NCBI GenBank assembly: GCA_963796965.1 | Contig: CAWCNS010000005.1 | Coordinates: 96,001-160,000 of the forward strand | Direction of reading: 5' to 3' | DNA from: Calditrichia bacterium | GTDB lineage: Bacteria; Calditrichota; Calditrichia; JAJRVZ01 | DNA: 64,000 bases | In this document: in pieces, positions 42,594-53,080 of the stretch | Layout: the number at the start of each line of letters is the position of its first letter | Position numbering within the stretch: the first letter of the stretch is position 1 | Position numbers and translations under genes: made by a program | Notes under the pieces: model-generated | Database searches by the model: none | Told to the model about the DNA's origin: nothing | The model's input: only the letters and a program-made list of their open reading frames with translations

Positions 42594-42900
42594 TTACCCA
42601 ATCTTACATAATTTGAAAAATTTTCAGTTGATAAAGCGCACAATTTAAAAGAAAAAAGTAACTTTTTTCTATTTATGGGTATCTAAAGAGAAAAAGATTT
42701 CCTAAGGATATTGAATATATAGCAAATTATTAGTTCAAAGGTTGGACAAATTAGATTTGGTAAATAAAAATTTTAAGGAATACAATTAATTCATACTTGA
42801 ATAATAATGGGTTTGAACCAAAATAACAAATAAGAAGGAACAGGCTCTATTTATTTTATCGAAATTATAAAAGATTTATAGATTAATAGAAGGAGAAACT

Positions 42901-43437
42901 TTGAATTTAAATGACATCTACAACAGGGCCATGTCCTATGATCAATATGTTGATGATCTGGGAGACTATTTGAGTTTGCATAGTCTTCATTATAAAAAGT
43001 TTTCGGTTGAGTCAGAATTTGTATCAAAAATTCAGAAATATAAGCCAACAAAGATCCTGGTAATTACAGAGCCATGGTGCGGAGATTCGTTGGCTATCTT
43101 ACCGATCATAAAAAAAATTGCTGAGATAAATATGCACTGGGAAATAAAAGTGCTACGACGTGATACCAATATGGCGCTTATGGAAAATTTTTTAACAAAT
43201 GGCACAAAAGCAATACCTGTTTTTATTTTTCTAAATGATCAGGGAGAAATGTTATTTAAGTGGGGGCCTCGGCCGAAGGCAACAGCCCAAATATTTGAGA
43301 GTCACCGTGAACAGATCAGGCAGGGGGAGATAGAGAAACAGGAAGTAATTAAAAAAATTCGGACTTATTATGCGAAAGATAAAGGGCAGTCCTCATTTCT
43401 AGAATTATTTGAAGTGTTTAATCTGCATTTGAATTAA
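42901..43437 (+). CDS. Thioredoxin family protein (WCGDS type)
   Basis: TEPWCGDS, AIPVF, WGPRP. Confidence 0.88.
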   Translation: MNLNDIYNRAMSYDQYVDDLGDYLSLHSLHYKKFSVESEFVSKIQKYKPTKILVITEPWCGDSLAILPIIKKIAEINMHWEIKVLRRDTNMALMENFLTNGTKAIPVFIFLNDQGEMLFKWGPRPKATAQIFESHREQIRQGEIEKQEVIKKIRTYYAKDKGQSSFLELFEVFNLHLN

Positions 43438-43528
43438 TTTTTATTGCAAAAAGTTAAATATTCAGAAATAAAATGATGTTTAATAGAGTTAAATAAACTT
43501 AAATAATAAATAATGGAGTTATATATAT

Positions 43529-43852
43529 ATGATTTCTTTGACAGACAAAGCAGCAACAAAGGTGAGAGAGATACTTGGCAGCGAGGAAAAAGATGACCAT
43601 GCTCTTCGGCTTGGTGTTAAGGGTGGAGGATGTTCGGGATTCTCCTATACACTAAATCTTGATAAAATTTTTGGTGAAAGTGATCAGGTTTTTGAGGATA
43701 AGGGTATAAAAATTGTGGTTGATGCCAAGAGTTTTATCTATTTAACTGGTACCGAAATCGATTATGTGGAAAATCTTAGTGGTTCTGGGTTTGCTTTTGC
43801 CAATCCCAATGCGACCAGATCATGTGGATGTGGTAGTTCTTTTCAGGCATAG
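43529..43852 (+). CDS. A-type Fe-S cluster carrier (IscA/ErpA/HesB)
   Basis: GGGCSGFSY, NPNATRSCGCGSSF. Confidence 0.96.
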   Translation: MISLTDKAATKVREILGSEEKDDHALRLGVKGGGCSGFSYTLNLDKIFGESDQVFEDKGIKIVVDAKSFIYLTGTEIDYVENLSGSGFAFANPNATRSCGCGSSFQA

Positions 43853-43894
43853 GTATAAATATATTTGAAGGTCGGGGAAACCTCCATGCAAAAG

Positions 43895-43925
43895 AAGCCT
43901 CAATATACCATTGGGGCTTTTTTTT
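43895..43925 (+). terminator. Intrinsic terminator
   Basis: AAGCCTCAAT ATACC ATTGGGGCTT TTTTTT. Confidence 0.82.
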
Positions 43926-44059
43926 ATACTCAAGTTGGGAGAATTTAACATATAATTTTTTGTCAATTTGAATGTAAATTGTTATACTTTATTAAAATCA
44001 ATTGAAGATATTCACCGATAAAATATATGGTTCTGGTAAAAATTCCGATGAGATAATAT

Positions 44060-44551
44060 ATGAGTATGTTAAAGATTAGAATAATGGGAGACGAAGTCCT
44101 GCGTCAGGTGGCGTCTAATGTGGACGAATTTGATGATAACCTGGCCCGTCTTGGAGAGGAAATGATACAAATTATGCACGATTCAGATGGTATCGGATTA
44201 GCTGCACCACAAGTTGGCATTTCCAAGAGAATTCTAGTTATAGATATATCTCCCATTGATGAGGAAGCGGAACCTCTAGTTTTTGTCAATCCCGTTATTA
44301 TGGAGGCTTCAGGGGAGTGCACGCTAGAAGAGGGATGTTTATCTATTCCTGATGTGAGAGAAAATGTTACCAGACCTGAAGAAATCTTTTTGAAATATCA
44401 AACTGTCCTGGGTGAGTCAATCAGTGAACAGTATACTGGTTGGATGTCCCGTGTATTGCAGCATGAAATTGATCACTTAAATGGGGTTCTCTTTGTTGAT
44501 TACCTTAGTCCCATTAAACAAAAATTAGTATCCCGCCAATTATCTATATAG
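44060..44551 (+). CDS. def: Peptide deformylase
   Basis: GIGLAAPQ, EGCLS, QHEIDHLNG. Confidence 0.97.
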   Translation: MSMLKIRIMGDEVLRQVASNVDEFDDNLARLGEEMIQIMHDSDGIGLAAPQVGISKRILVIDISPIDEEAEPLVFVNPVIMEASGECTLEEGCLSIPDVRENVTRPEEIFLKYQTVLGESISEQYTGWMSRVLQHEIDHLNGVLFVDYLSPIKQKLVSRQLSI

Positions 44552-44573
44552 ACCCATCTAATTAATTAAGCGA

Positions 44574-46073
44574 ATGAACGTAACCTGCAGTTTTTTTAAA
44601 GAAATCAAATTTAAGAGTGATCTTTTTGTGTTGATCACAAAATCAGATCTGCCGTTAAAATTTGACCATCTTTCAAAAATTCTTGGTCTAAACCTCAATT
44701 TAATCCTTGCGAAATTAAAACTTTCAGAGAATGGTAGCGATACATTTATTTCTTTTGACAACCGTGATATTTCTAACCTTCTATTTATAAGAACTAAGAA
44801 TCCAGACACAAATCCGGTAGAAAGATTCCGTGAGGTAGGTCATGCTATTCAGAAATATCTGAAACAGGTTAAAGGGAAAAAAGTACATATACTGTTTAAT
44901 AATATTGATACTGATTTAATACAAGCCACCCGGGGGGTTACAGAAGGGCTCCTGCTATCTGACTACAAATTTCTTGAGTTTAAGTCTCCATCGCCGGATG
45001 AAATACCTGACAGGAAGGATATCATATTTCTTCTTGAGCGACAAAATAAAATAACTGAAATCCGGCGGCAGTTGCGACGAACTGAGGCTATTCTCAATGG
45101 TGTGAATGTGGCCCGAACATTAGCAAATAAACCAGCTAACGTACTCAATCCCAAAAAGTTGGCCCGTGAAGTACAAAAGTTATACCATTCCGTCCCTTCA
45201 GTCAAAGTAGATGTTATTCAGGGCAAAAAACTTGAATCATTAGGGATGAATGCTTTTCTATCTGTAGCGAAAGGTAGCAAACAATCCCCGACATTTATTC
45301 TAATGAGATATAAATGTGGTATCAAAAATGCGCCAATTCTAGCCGTTCTGGGGAAAGGTATCACGTTTGATAGTGGAGGAATTTCTATCAAACCAGCCGA
45401 GGGAATGGAGGAAATGAAGTATGATATGGCTGGTGCGGCAACAGTTATTGGTCTTTTTAAGGTCCTGTCCGTTCTAAAGCCAGATATTGATATTATCGGT
45501 GCTATTCCTGCAGCTGAAAATGCTTTAGGAGGGGATGCCTATAGGCCTGGTGATATTATACGTTCATATAATGGCCAAACCATTGAAGTGGTTAATACAG
45601 ATGCTGAAGGGCGATTAATTCTTGCTGATTCTCTTGCCTATGTCGAAAAAAGATTCCATCCGGATTGGATGATTGATATTGCTACATTAACCGGATCGAT
45701 TGTTTCTGCCCTTGGCGATCAATGCTGTGGTATCTTTAGTAATAATGATTTCCTGCTCCAATCATTTAAGCACGCTGCAGAGCTGAGTGGAGAGCGTGTT
45801 TGGCCAATGCCCATGTGGGATGAATATAAAAAACCACTAGAAAGTAAAGTCGCTGACATTAAGCATCTTGGTGGCCGGTCTGCCGGAAGTATTACAGCCG
45901 CCAAATTTCTTGAAACATTTGTTTCCGATTCTCCCTGGTTACATATGGATATAGCCGGAACGGCCTACAATGTAAAATCGAAAAAGTACCTGGGCGAAGG
46001 GGCCTCAGGATTTGGGGTGCGCCTCCTCTGGGAAGTTATTGACCACCTGCAAAAAATATCCAAAGTAAAGTGA
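44574..46073 (+). CDS. pepA: Leucyl aminopeptidase (M17)
   Basis: GKGITFDSGG, MKYDMAG, NTDAEGRL, ATLTG. Confidence 0.95.
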   Translation: MNVTCSFFKEIKFKSDLFVLITKSDLPLKFDHLSKILGLNLNLILAKLKLSENGSDTFISFDNRDISNLLFIRTKNPDTNPVERFREVGHAIQKYLKQVKGKKVHILFNNIDTDLIQATRGVTEGLLLSDYKFLEFKSPSPDEIPDRKDIIFLLERQNKITEIRRQLRRTEAILNGVNVARTLANKPANVLNPKKLAREVQKLYHSVPSVKVDVIQGKKLESLGMNAFLSVAKGSKQSPTFILMRYKCGIKNAPILAVLGKGITFDSGGISIKPAEGMEEMKYDMAGAATVIGLFKVLSVLKPDIDIIGAIPAAENALGGDAYRPGDIIRSYNGQTIEVVNTDAEGRLILADSLAYVEKRFHPDWMIDIATLTGSIVSALGDQCCGIFSNNDFLLQSFKHAAELSGERVWPMPMWDEYKKPLESKVADIKHLGGRSAGSITAAKFLETFVSDSPWLHMDIAGTAYNVKSKKYLGEGASGFGVRLLWEVIDHLQKISKVK

Positions 46074-46387
46074 CCCCACTATCAGGGTATGTCTTACAAT
46101 TCTATTTACTCACCTAAAAACTATCTTCCTGATGGTATGATGAATCAATTGCATTTAATCAAACAGAAAATTATATTTTTCACTACCTTTGTTTAACCTT
46201 GATAGTTTAAGGTCTTTCGGATCGTAAATTGTGTTATCAGAAGACAATAAACAAAGCATGGTGCGATTAATATCCATGCGTTTTGGGTCTTGTTTATTAC
46301 TTCATGGCGTCTTTACGTATCTGCTCGAGGCGGTAAATTTATTTCTGTAACAAGTTCTTTGTTTATAATTAAAATGTGGGGTTTTCC

Positions 46388-48400
46388 ATGCTTAGCATTT
46401 ACGAGAAATTTATCTTTGTTCTGGTATTTATACTCTCCATGTATATGGGCTTTCGTTCCTTCTCAACGATGTTTAAGGTTATAAATAAAGGACAAGGAAA
46501 ATTATATTTTGATAATATGGCAAAGCGGATTTCAAAAAGCCTCTCCGCTTTTCTTTTACAGACGACTGTTTTGACGAGTCGCCCGCTTATAAGTATCATC
46601 CACAGTGTTGTCGCCTGGGCTTTTATACTATATATGATTGTGAATCTTGGTGACATTCTGAGAGGGTTTATACCTGAATTTCATTTTTTAGGTGATGGAA
46701 TGATCGGTCGACTTTATCGCCTTTTTGTTGATATTTTTACTGTTATGGCCCTGATAGGTGTAGTTATACTTCTTGTCAGAAGATTTATATTTTCAAGCCC
46801 AACACTGGAAATTAACGAAAATGTGTTTTTGCTACCATCGGTACGAAAAGGGATGAAGCGTGATTCGCTAATTGTTGGTCTTTTTATCCTTGGGCATGTT
46901 GGATTCAGATTCCTGGGAGAAAGTTTTAGTCTCGCAGTTGATGGACCTGATGCCTGGCAACCACTGGCGTCATCTCTGGCATTTGTATGGCAGGATCTTA
47001 ATTATGATCTGCTCATATATTTTGTGCATGCTAGTTGGTGGTTAGCCATTGGTCTGATTCTGGCGTTTATTCCCTATTTTCCAGGAAGCAAACATGCACA
47101 TCTCTTTATGGGCCCTCTAAACTACTTTACGCAACCTCATCGTTCTTCACCTGGTACACTAAACAGAATTGATTTTGAGGACGAGAATGCTGAACAATTT
47201 GGTGTATCAAAGATTGTACATCTTGAAAAAACGCAGTTATTTGATGCCTATGCCTGCATCATGTGCAATCGTTGTCAGGATGTTTGTCCGGCAACACTAA
47301 CCGGGAAAGCTTTAAGTCCATCTGCCCTGGAAATTAATAAACGTTACTTTTTAAATGCTGAGGCAAAAAAGATCGTTAATGATGAGGATGTAGATCAAAC
47401 CTTCCTGGATTTTGGATTAACTGAATCAGCTTTATGGGCTTGTACCAGCTGCGCCGCCTGTGTGGATATTTGTCCTGTGGGTAATGAACCCATGTACGAT
47501 ATTTTAAATATTCGCCGCGATCGGGTCCTGATGGAGGCAAAATTCCCGAGTCAGTTACAGAATGCCTTTAATGGTATGGAGCGGAATGGTAATCCATGGA
47601 ATATGAATAACGATCGTTTAGCGTGGTCCCGCGAAGACAGCTCGCTAATTGTTAAGACGGTAGAAGAAAATCCTAATTTTGATATACTATACTGGGTTGG
47701 CTGTGCAGGTGCTTTTGATCAGCGTGGTCAAAAGATCGCCCGCGCTTTTACAAAAATATTAAATGTTGCCCGTGTAAATTTCTCGGTATTGGGAGCAAAA
47801 GAAAGTTGTACGGGAGACAGTGCCCGTCGTGCTGGTAATGAATACTTGTTTGCTATGATGGCGGAGACAAATGTTGAGAGTCTAAATGCTCACAAGGTAA
47901 ATAAAATAGTTACAACCTGTCCCCATTGTCTGCATACGCTTAAAAATGAGTATCCGCAATTCGGTGGCGCTTATGAGGTTATCCATCATAGCCAGATGAT
48001 CAATCAGCTTATCTCAGAAGGAAAATTGAAGTTAGATAAGCAGACAATGAAAAAAGTAACTTTTCATGATCCTTGCTATTTGGGACGACATAACGATATT
48101 TATGATGAGCCGCGTGCCGATCTTCAATCGGGTAATACAGAAATAATTGAAATGGAGCGTGTTCGTGAGCGCAGTTTCTGTTGTGGTGCGGGCGGAGGTA
48201 ATATGTGGAAAGAGGAAGAAGAAGGCAAAGAGGCGGTTCGACGAGAAAGATTTAGTGAAGCGCTGGAGACTGGTTCTGACATATTGTGTACGGCTTGTCC
48301 ATTTTGTATGACCATGCTAAGTGATGCAGGCAATGAACTATCTTCTGATCTGCCTGTACGTGACCTTGCGGAAATTATTGCTGAAGAAATTAAATCATAG
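46388..48400 (+). CDS. Membrane-bound Fe-S oxidoreductase (FadF/HdrD-like, CCG domains)
   Basis: N-terminal TMs, CIMCNRCQDVCP, CTSCAACVDICP, HDPCYLGR, CCGAGGG. Confidence 0.92.
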   Translation: MLSIYEKFIFVLVFILSMYMGFRSFSTMFKVINKGQGKLYFDNMAKRISKSLSAFLLQTTVLTSRPLISIIHSVVAWAFILYMIVNLGDILRGFIPEFHFLGDGMIGRLYRLFVDIFTVMALIGVVILLVRRFIFSSPTLEINENVFLLPSVRKGMKRDSLIVGLFILGHVGFRFLGESFSLAVDGPDAWQPLASSLAFVWQDLNYDLLIYFVHASWWLAIGLILAFIPYFPGSKHAHLFMGPLNYFTQPHRSSPGTLNRIDFEDENAEQFGVSKIVHLEKTQLFDAYACIMCNRCQDVCPATLTGKALSPSALEINKRYFLNAEAKKIVNDEDVDQTFLDFGLTESALWACTSCAACVDICPVGNEPMYDILNIRRDRVLMEAKFPSQLQNAFNGMERNGNPWNMNNDRLAWSREDSSLIVKTVEENPNFDILYWVGCAGAFDQRGQKIARAFTKILNVARVNFSVLGAKESCTGDSARRAGNEYLFAMMAETNVESLNAHKVNKIVTTCPHCLHTLKNEYPQFGGAYEVIHHSQMINQLISEGKLKLDKQTMKKVTFHDPCYLGRHNDIYDEPRADLQSGNTEIIEMERVRERSFCCGAGGGNMWKEEEEGKEAVRRERFSEALETGSDILCTACPFCMTMLSDAGNELSSDLPVRDLAEIIAEEIKS

Positions 48401-48412
48401 TTGGGGAATCAT

Positions 48413-48739
48413 GTGAAGAAATGGATACCTTTTGTTCTACTCATTTCATCAGCAATTGCTTTTAGCGGATATTTTTTCTATACGGGAAGATCAAGTGTTT
48501 ATCGGCCCAAAGTCCATGATCCGGCCATTATTTATCATGAGGCCTGCGCTGAATGTCATGGGGACCGGGGAGAAGGAGAGGGGCTATTTTTTCCTGGATT
48601 ATTGGATACATCTCTTACTCGAAAAGATGTAAGGGATGCGATGCGAGATGGCCGGTTTATGATGCCTGCCTTCACAGAAATTCCTGACACAACACTAATG
48701 AACCTGGTTGAATATATTGTCAATAGGAGATTTAGATGA
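48413..48739 (+). CDS. Monoheme c-type cytochrome
   Basis: N-terminal TM, CAECH, MMPAF. Confidence 0.85.
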   Translation: MKKWIPFVLLISSAIAFSGYFFYTGRSSVYRPKVHDPAIIYHEACAECHGDRGEGEGLFFPGLLDTSLTRKDVRDAMRDGRFMMPAFTEIPDTTLMNLVEYIVNRRFR

Positions 48740-48767
48740 TCTATATGGCGTAAAAGTATAAACATTA

Positions 48768-48795
48768 GTAGTGGCCGTTCGCGAACAGCCACTAC
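48768..48795. repeat. GTAG-type REP-like palindrome
   Basis: GTAGTGGCCGTTCGCGAACAGCCACTAC between convergent genes. Confidence 0.7.
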
Positions 48796-48815
48796 TATAT
48801 ACTATTATCCAAGTT

Positions 48816-49865
48816 TTATTCCCATTTCATCAAATATGCACTATCTTCCAGTCGTGCGCCCTTATCATTGCATACTGCATATTTAGAGGGTCCTTTTATT
48901 GTCGCAGATCCAAATTCTCCCTTATTATTTATGGCATAAAATTTAACATTGAAGGCCGGTTTCCCATTTGAATCTTTTAATCCACGGGCTTTAGCATGAT
49001 CAATGATGCGCTGGCAAACCGCCAGACATGCTTCTTCTGGGGACTTTCCCATCCGCATATATTCAACAACCATGAAAGAACTAAGATTTTTTAGATTCTC
49101 TTCACCTCTTCCTGTTGATCCGGCAGCACCGACTTCATTATCCACATATAAACCGGCACCAATTATTGGACTATCGCCCACCCGTCCTGGAATCTTATAC
49201 GCAAGCCCACTTGTTGTAGTCACACCTGATAAATTTCCTGCCAGATCAAGTCCTACACAATTAATTGTCCCGGTTATTCGTTCTTCAAAAAAAGAGGAAT
49301 GATTGTCTTTCTCTTTTATCGGTGAGAACCAGTCATCCCTATCACTTAAATTTTCACGCCATTCCAGCCAAATCTCTCTGGCCTTGTCAGTTAAAAGATT
49401 TTCTTCTTTAAGACCATGACTAATCGCAAACCTTCGTGCTCCTTCACCAACGATTAAAACATGATCTGTCCTTTCCATAACCAATCGTGCCACTTTGGAG
49501 GGATTGCGTATATTTTGTATTGATGCTACTCCACCGGCATTATGGGTTGGGCCGTGCATGCAACAGGAATCAAGCTCTATGATTCCATCTTCATTTGGCA
49601 ATCCTCCCAATCCAACAGAGTGGTCTGTAGGATCATCTTCCACTATATTTACACCGGCAATCACACCATCTATGGCGTCTTTGCCGCTTTGTATTATTTC
49701 ATAAGCTTTTTTTACGGTTTCCATTCCATTAGAACTTGCAACGACTACAGGATTAAAATTTCCTTTGTCCAGGCTGCTTTTTGCCAGGGATTGTACCTCC
49801 GGCGCCGCCAAAAGAGATCCAACGCCAGCTGCAGCTCCTGCTTTAATAAAGTCTCTTCTTTTCAT
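48816..49865 (-). CDS. Glycosylasparaginase/isoaspartyl peptidase (Ntn hydrolase) with TAT signal
   Basis: MKRRDFIK, SVGLGG, GTI nucleophile, TTSG, GRVGDSP, STGRGE. Confidence 0.92.
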   Translation of the reverse strand: MKRRDFIKAGAAAGVGSLLAAPEVQSLAKSSLDKGNFNPVVVASSNGMETVKKAYEIIQSGKDAIDGVIAGVNIVEDDPTDHSVGLGGLPNEDGIIELDSCCMHGPTHNAGGVASIQNIRNPSKVARLVMERTDHVLIVGEGARRFAISHGLKEENLLTDKAREIWLEWRENLSDRDDWFSPIKEKDNHSSFFEERITGTINCVGLDLAGNLSGVTTTSGLAYKIPGRVGDSPIIGAGLYVDNEVGAAGSTGRGEENLKNLSSFMVVEYMRMGKSPEEACLAVCQRIIDHAKARGLKDSNGKPAFNVKFYAINNKGEFGSATIKGPSKYAVCNDKGARLEDSAYLMKWE

Positions 49866-50084
49866 ATTGTTCCTCTACTTTGAGTTTATCACGAATTTTT
49901 ATTTATACTATGTTTTTCAATGGAATCGAATATTCGATTCTGTGTTCTTGGCGTATAGTGCCCTACTCAGGTGATTTTTTTAATTCTGATCTTATATCCC
50001 AGGTTGAAGAGTGAATATATATTCATAAAGAACGAGAACTCAAATGATTTTATTACTTTCCCAACTTGGAGACTTGATTCATAG

Positions 50085-50155
50085 AACTCACCCTAAATCC
50101 CTCTCTTGAAAAGAGAGGGACTTTAAGGAGCCTCTTCTCATGAAGAAGAGAAGGG
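50085..50155. repeat. Double-hairpin CCCTCTC/GAGAGGG element
   Basis: TCCCTCTCTT GAA AAGAGAGGGA followed by CTTCTC...GAGAAGGG. Confidence 0.65.
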
Positions 50156-50291
50156 TGTTTTTATAAGATATTTAATTAAAAAATAATTCTTCTTTTAAAC
50201 CGGATACTTGTGAATCCTTATATTAAATTATTTCGAACACAGACATGAAAAGCTAATTAAAAAATACAACTTTTGCACCCAGCACCCAAAA

Positions 50292-51473
50292 TCAGGCATT
50301 AACCAGATATATCTCTTCCTGCCTATCAGATAGAAACTTGCAGCCATCGTTTGTAACGACGACAATTTCTTCGATTGTTGCAACCCCGTAGTTAGGAATT
50401 GTAAGCCGGGGTTCAATTGTATAGAGCTGGTTTTCTTCGATAATGGTATCTGGTAACGTTCCATACCTTTCCCATTTTGGTGCCAGCAATCCGCCACCAT
50501 CATGGGCCACTCTTCCTATCTGATGCCCCAGAGCATGTGGGTATTCATCAAACCCGTGAGAAACAATATAATCCCGGGAAATTTTATCAATTTCATATCC
50601 ACATACCCCTGGTTTCAAAGCCTCTGCAGCCTTAGATATACTATCAAATATTACCTGAAATCCGATCCGAACTTCAGGGGGTGCTTCTAATTCTTCCGGG
50701 CGGAGAAAATACCAGGAACGCTGAAGATCGGAACAGTAGCCATTTATCTTAATGCCAAAATCAATATTCATGACATGGCCTGGCTTGATTGGGCGGTTCG
50801 TTGGACCTGCATGAGCACCTGCAGTATCAGGACCCGTAAATACAGCGGGACAATGCTCCGGATCCCACGCTAAATCAACACCTGAATCACGAACCTGGGT
50901 CAAAAGAAAATCTGCTACATCCTTTTCTGTCTTACCCACGGTGATAAAATCTCCAACCTTATTAAACATGGCAAGGGTTAAATCAATAGCTTTGCTTACT
51001 TGTTCAATTTCTGACTTAGATTTTCGACCCCGTAATTTGTTCAGGATAGATTCGGAGGAAATGACGCGTTCACTATATGGCGTTTTTTTTAGATATCCCA
51101 TCAGTTGTTGGTACATACCATGGGTTAGCCCATCCGCTGTTGGTGTATTCATGGAATAATTAAGAGCAATCTTATTTGGATTGATTCGATCCAGAGTTTT
51201 GATCAGATCTTCTTCAATCGATTGCAGATAACCAATGATTTCAGGATAATACCCATAACTTTCCTGATTCGCTTTATCAAGACTACCAACAATGGATATC
51301 GTATCACCCGCTGATGTAAGAATAAACGCGGATTGCCAGGTAACACCGGTTCCAACTATAATATCCATTGCAGGATCATTCGTCGTTCCCGTTTCACGCA
51401 CAAAAGTTAGCCAACAATCTATATTTTCTTCTTTTAGTATCTCTATTGCCTGTTTAATTTTTTCTTTTATCAT
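50292..51473 (-). CDS. Xaa-Pro aminopeptidase family (M24)
   Basis: IDFG, YCSDLQR, HALGHQIG..HD, TIEP, IEE. Confidence 0.93.
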   Translation of the reverse strand: MIKEKIKQAIEILKEENIDCWLTFVRETGTTNDPAMDIIVGTGVTWQSAFILTSAGDTISIVGSLDKANQESYGYYPEIIGYLQSIEEDLIKTLDRINPNKIALNYSMNTPTADGLTHGMYQQLMGYLKKTPYSERVISSESILNKLRGRKSKSEIEQVSKAIDLTLAMFNKVGDFITVGKTEKDVADFLLTQVRDSGVDLAWDPEHCPAVFTGPDTAGAHAGPTNRPIKPGHVMNIDFGIKINGYCSDLQRSWYFLRPEELEAPPEVRIGFQVIFDSISKAAEALKPGVCGYEIDKISRDYIVSHGFDEYPHALGHQIGRVAHDGGGLLAPKWERYGTLPDTIIEENQLYTIEPRLTIPNYGVATIEEIVVVTNDGCKFLSDRQEEIYLVNA

Positions 51474-51925
51474 TAGTTACACTCCATATAAAATTTCAAA
51501 TTAAATATCTTTAAAAAAAGAAATGGTCATACTGTCCAAGGGATTCCATTGTAGGGAGAAATTATTTCAGGATCTTCGAATAAAATGTCATTTACTATAA
51601 ATATTATCTTTTTATGTAATTCCTTTCAACGAATATAATCGGACTTATGATAAAAATCAATGAGCATATGAACCGATTCTATGCATCTCCCGGATGGAGG
51701 CCAAACTTGATTTTTGGTGTGATTATATTTACCTTAATCAATCCGCAAATTATCTCGCAAAGACGCTACTACAGGACTGTCACTAATGTTAACCGAAAAA
51801 ACAAGATTATGTTTATTAGAGAGCTTGTAAAAACAGCAAGAGACTGATTCATTTAAGATTTGTCCTTTGAATAATATGCTGTTACCCGTTATGATAGTTG
51901 TGGATCCTAATTCAATAGATGAAAG

Positions 51926-52246
51926 ATGGTAAAAATGCTATCAGGAAAAGAAAAAAGACAGATGCGTTCTGAAGCCAACCAAATGAAGGCAACTGTTATG
52001 ATTGGCCGTGACGGAATCACGTATAAGGTAAAACGTTTCATAGATGAGGCGTTTAATAATAAGACTTTGATCAAAGTGAAAATTCTGGATACTTGCGAAG
52101 AGGATAGAAAAGTAATCGCCGAAAAGCTTTCAAAATTAAAAAATACGGATCTTGTCCAACTCCTTGGTCGTACAATTTTGTTATATCGGCCGTTAGAAGA
52201 AAAGGAAGAAACGGAAGTTAAGAAAAAGGGTAAAGTAAGAAAGTAA
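51926..52246 (+). CDS. yhbY: YhbY/CRM RNA-binding protein
   Basis: IGRDG, LIKVKI, VQLLGRTILLYR. Confidence 0.88.
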   Translation: MVKMLSGKEKRQMRSEANQMKATVMIGRDGITYKVKRFIDEAFNNKTLIKVKILDTCEEDRKVIAEKLSKLKNTDLVQLLGRTILLYRPLEEKEETEVKKKGKVRK

Positions 52247-53080
52247 TGTCGTTATCCCATGTAATATTTTCGGATCTGGATGGTACCTTACTCGATCATC
52301 AGTCATACGAATTTACCGCAGCCCAACCAGCTATAAACTTCATTAAGGAAAACCAGGTCCCTCTTATTCTGGTCTCGAGCAAAACAAAAGATGAAATGAT
52401 CCATTATCAGAGTGAACTTGGGATTTCGGGCCTACCCTTCGTCGTTGAAAATGGCTCCGCTATTTATACGGAGATTGAATATTTTAGAAATGTGGAATTG
52501 GGAAACAGGCAGGTATCCGGCACCTATGAATGTTTCAACCTTGGCATTTCATTCGAAGAAATTAAAAGTATCATAGATGATATTTCAAAAAGGCATGGGT
52601 ATAATATTCGTGGTTTTCACAATATATCGAGAGAAGAAATACAATCTCTCACGGGTTTGGGAGAAAAAGAGTTAGATAGGTCTCTTAACAGGGAATATTC
52701 AATTCCCTTATTGTTTGATAATAAATCGGATGAAATATTAAAAGGAGAAATTGATAAATTTAAATTGCAGATTCTATATGGCGGTCGGTTTATGCATCTT
52801 CTCAGTAGAACCGATAAAGGTAAAGCCATGAAACTGATAATGAAGGGTTACAGAGCTAAACTTCAATGCAAGGATTTAAAAACTATACGCTATTGGTGAC
52901 AGCCTCAACGATTATGCAATGCTAAAAGAGGCAGATTACCCCATATTAGTGAAGAAACATGATAGTTCCTATGAAAATCGTATAAGGATTGACCGTCTCA
53001 TCCAAAGTCCGGGAGTTGGTCCGGATGGCTGGAATTATTCTGTTCTTAAAATTTTGAAAACGGGAGGCAATAATGAGTGA
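52246..53080 (+). CDS. Glucosyl/mannosyl-3-phosphoglycerate phosphatase, HAD-IIB (frameshift near 52885)
   Basis: FSDLDGTLLD, SSKT, ENG, GGRF, DKG; restored AIGDSLND...GPDGW. Confidence 0.9.

Noticed and set aside
51647..51847. 66-aa ORF upstream of yhbY
   Set aside because: No recognisable family, and it contains a repeat half-arm; possibly a remnant
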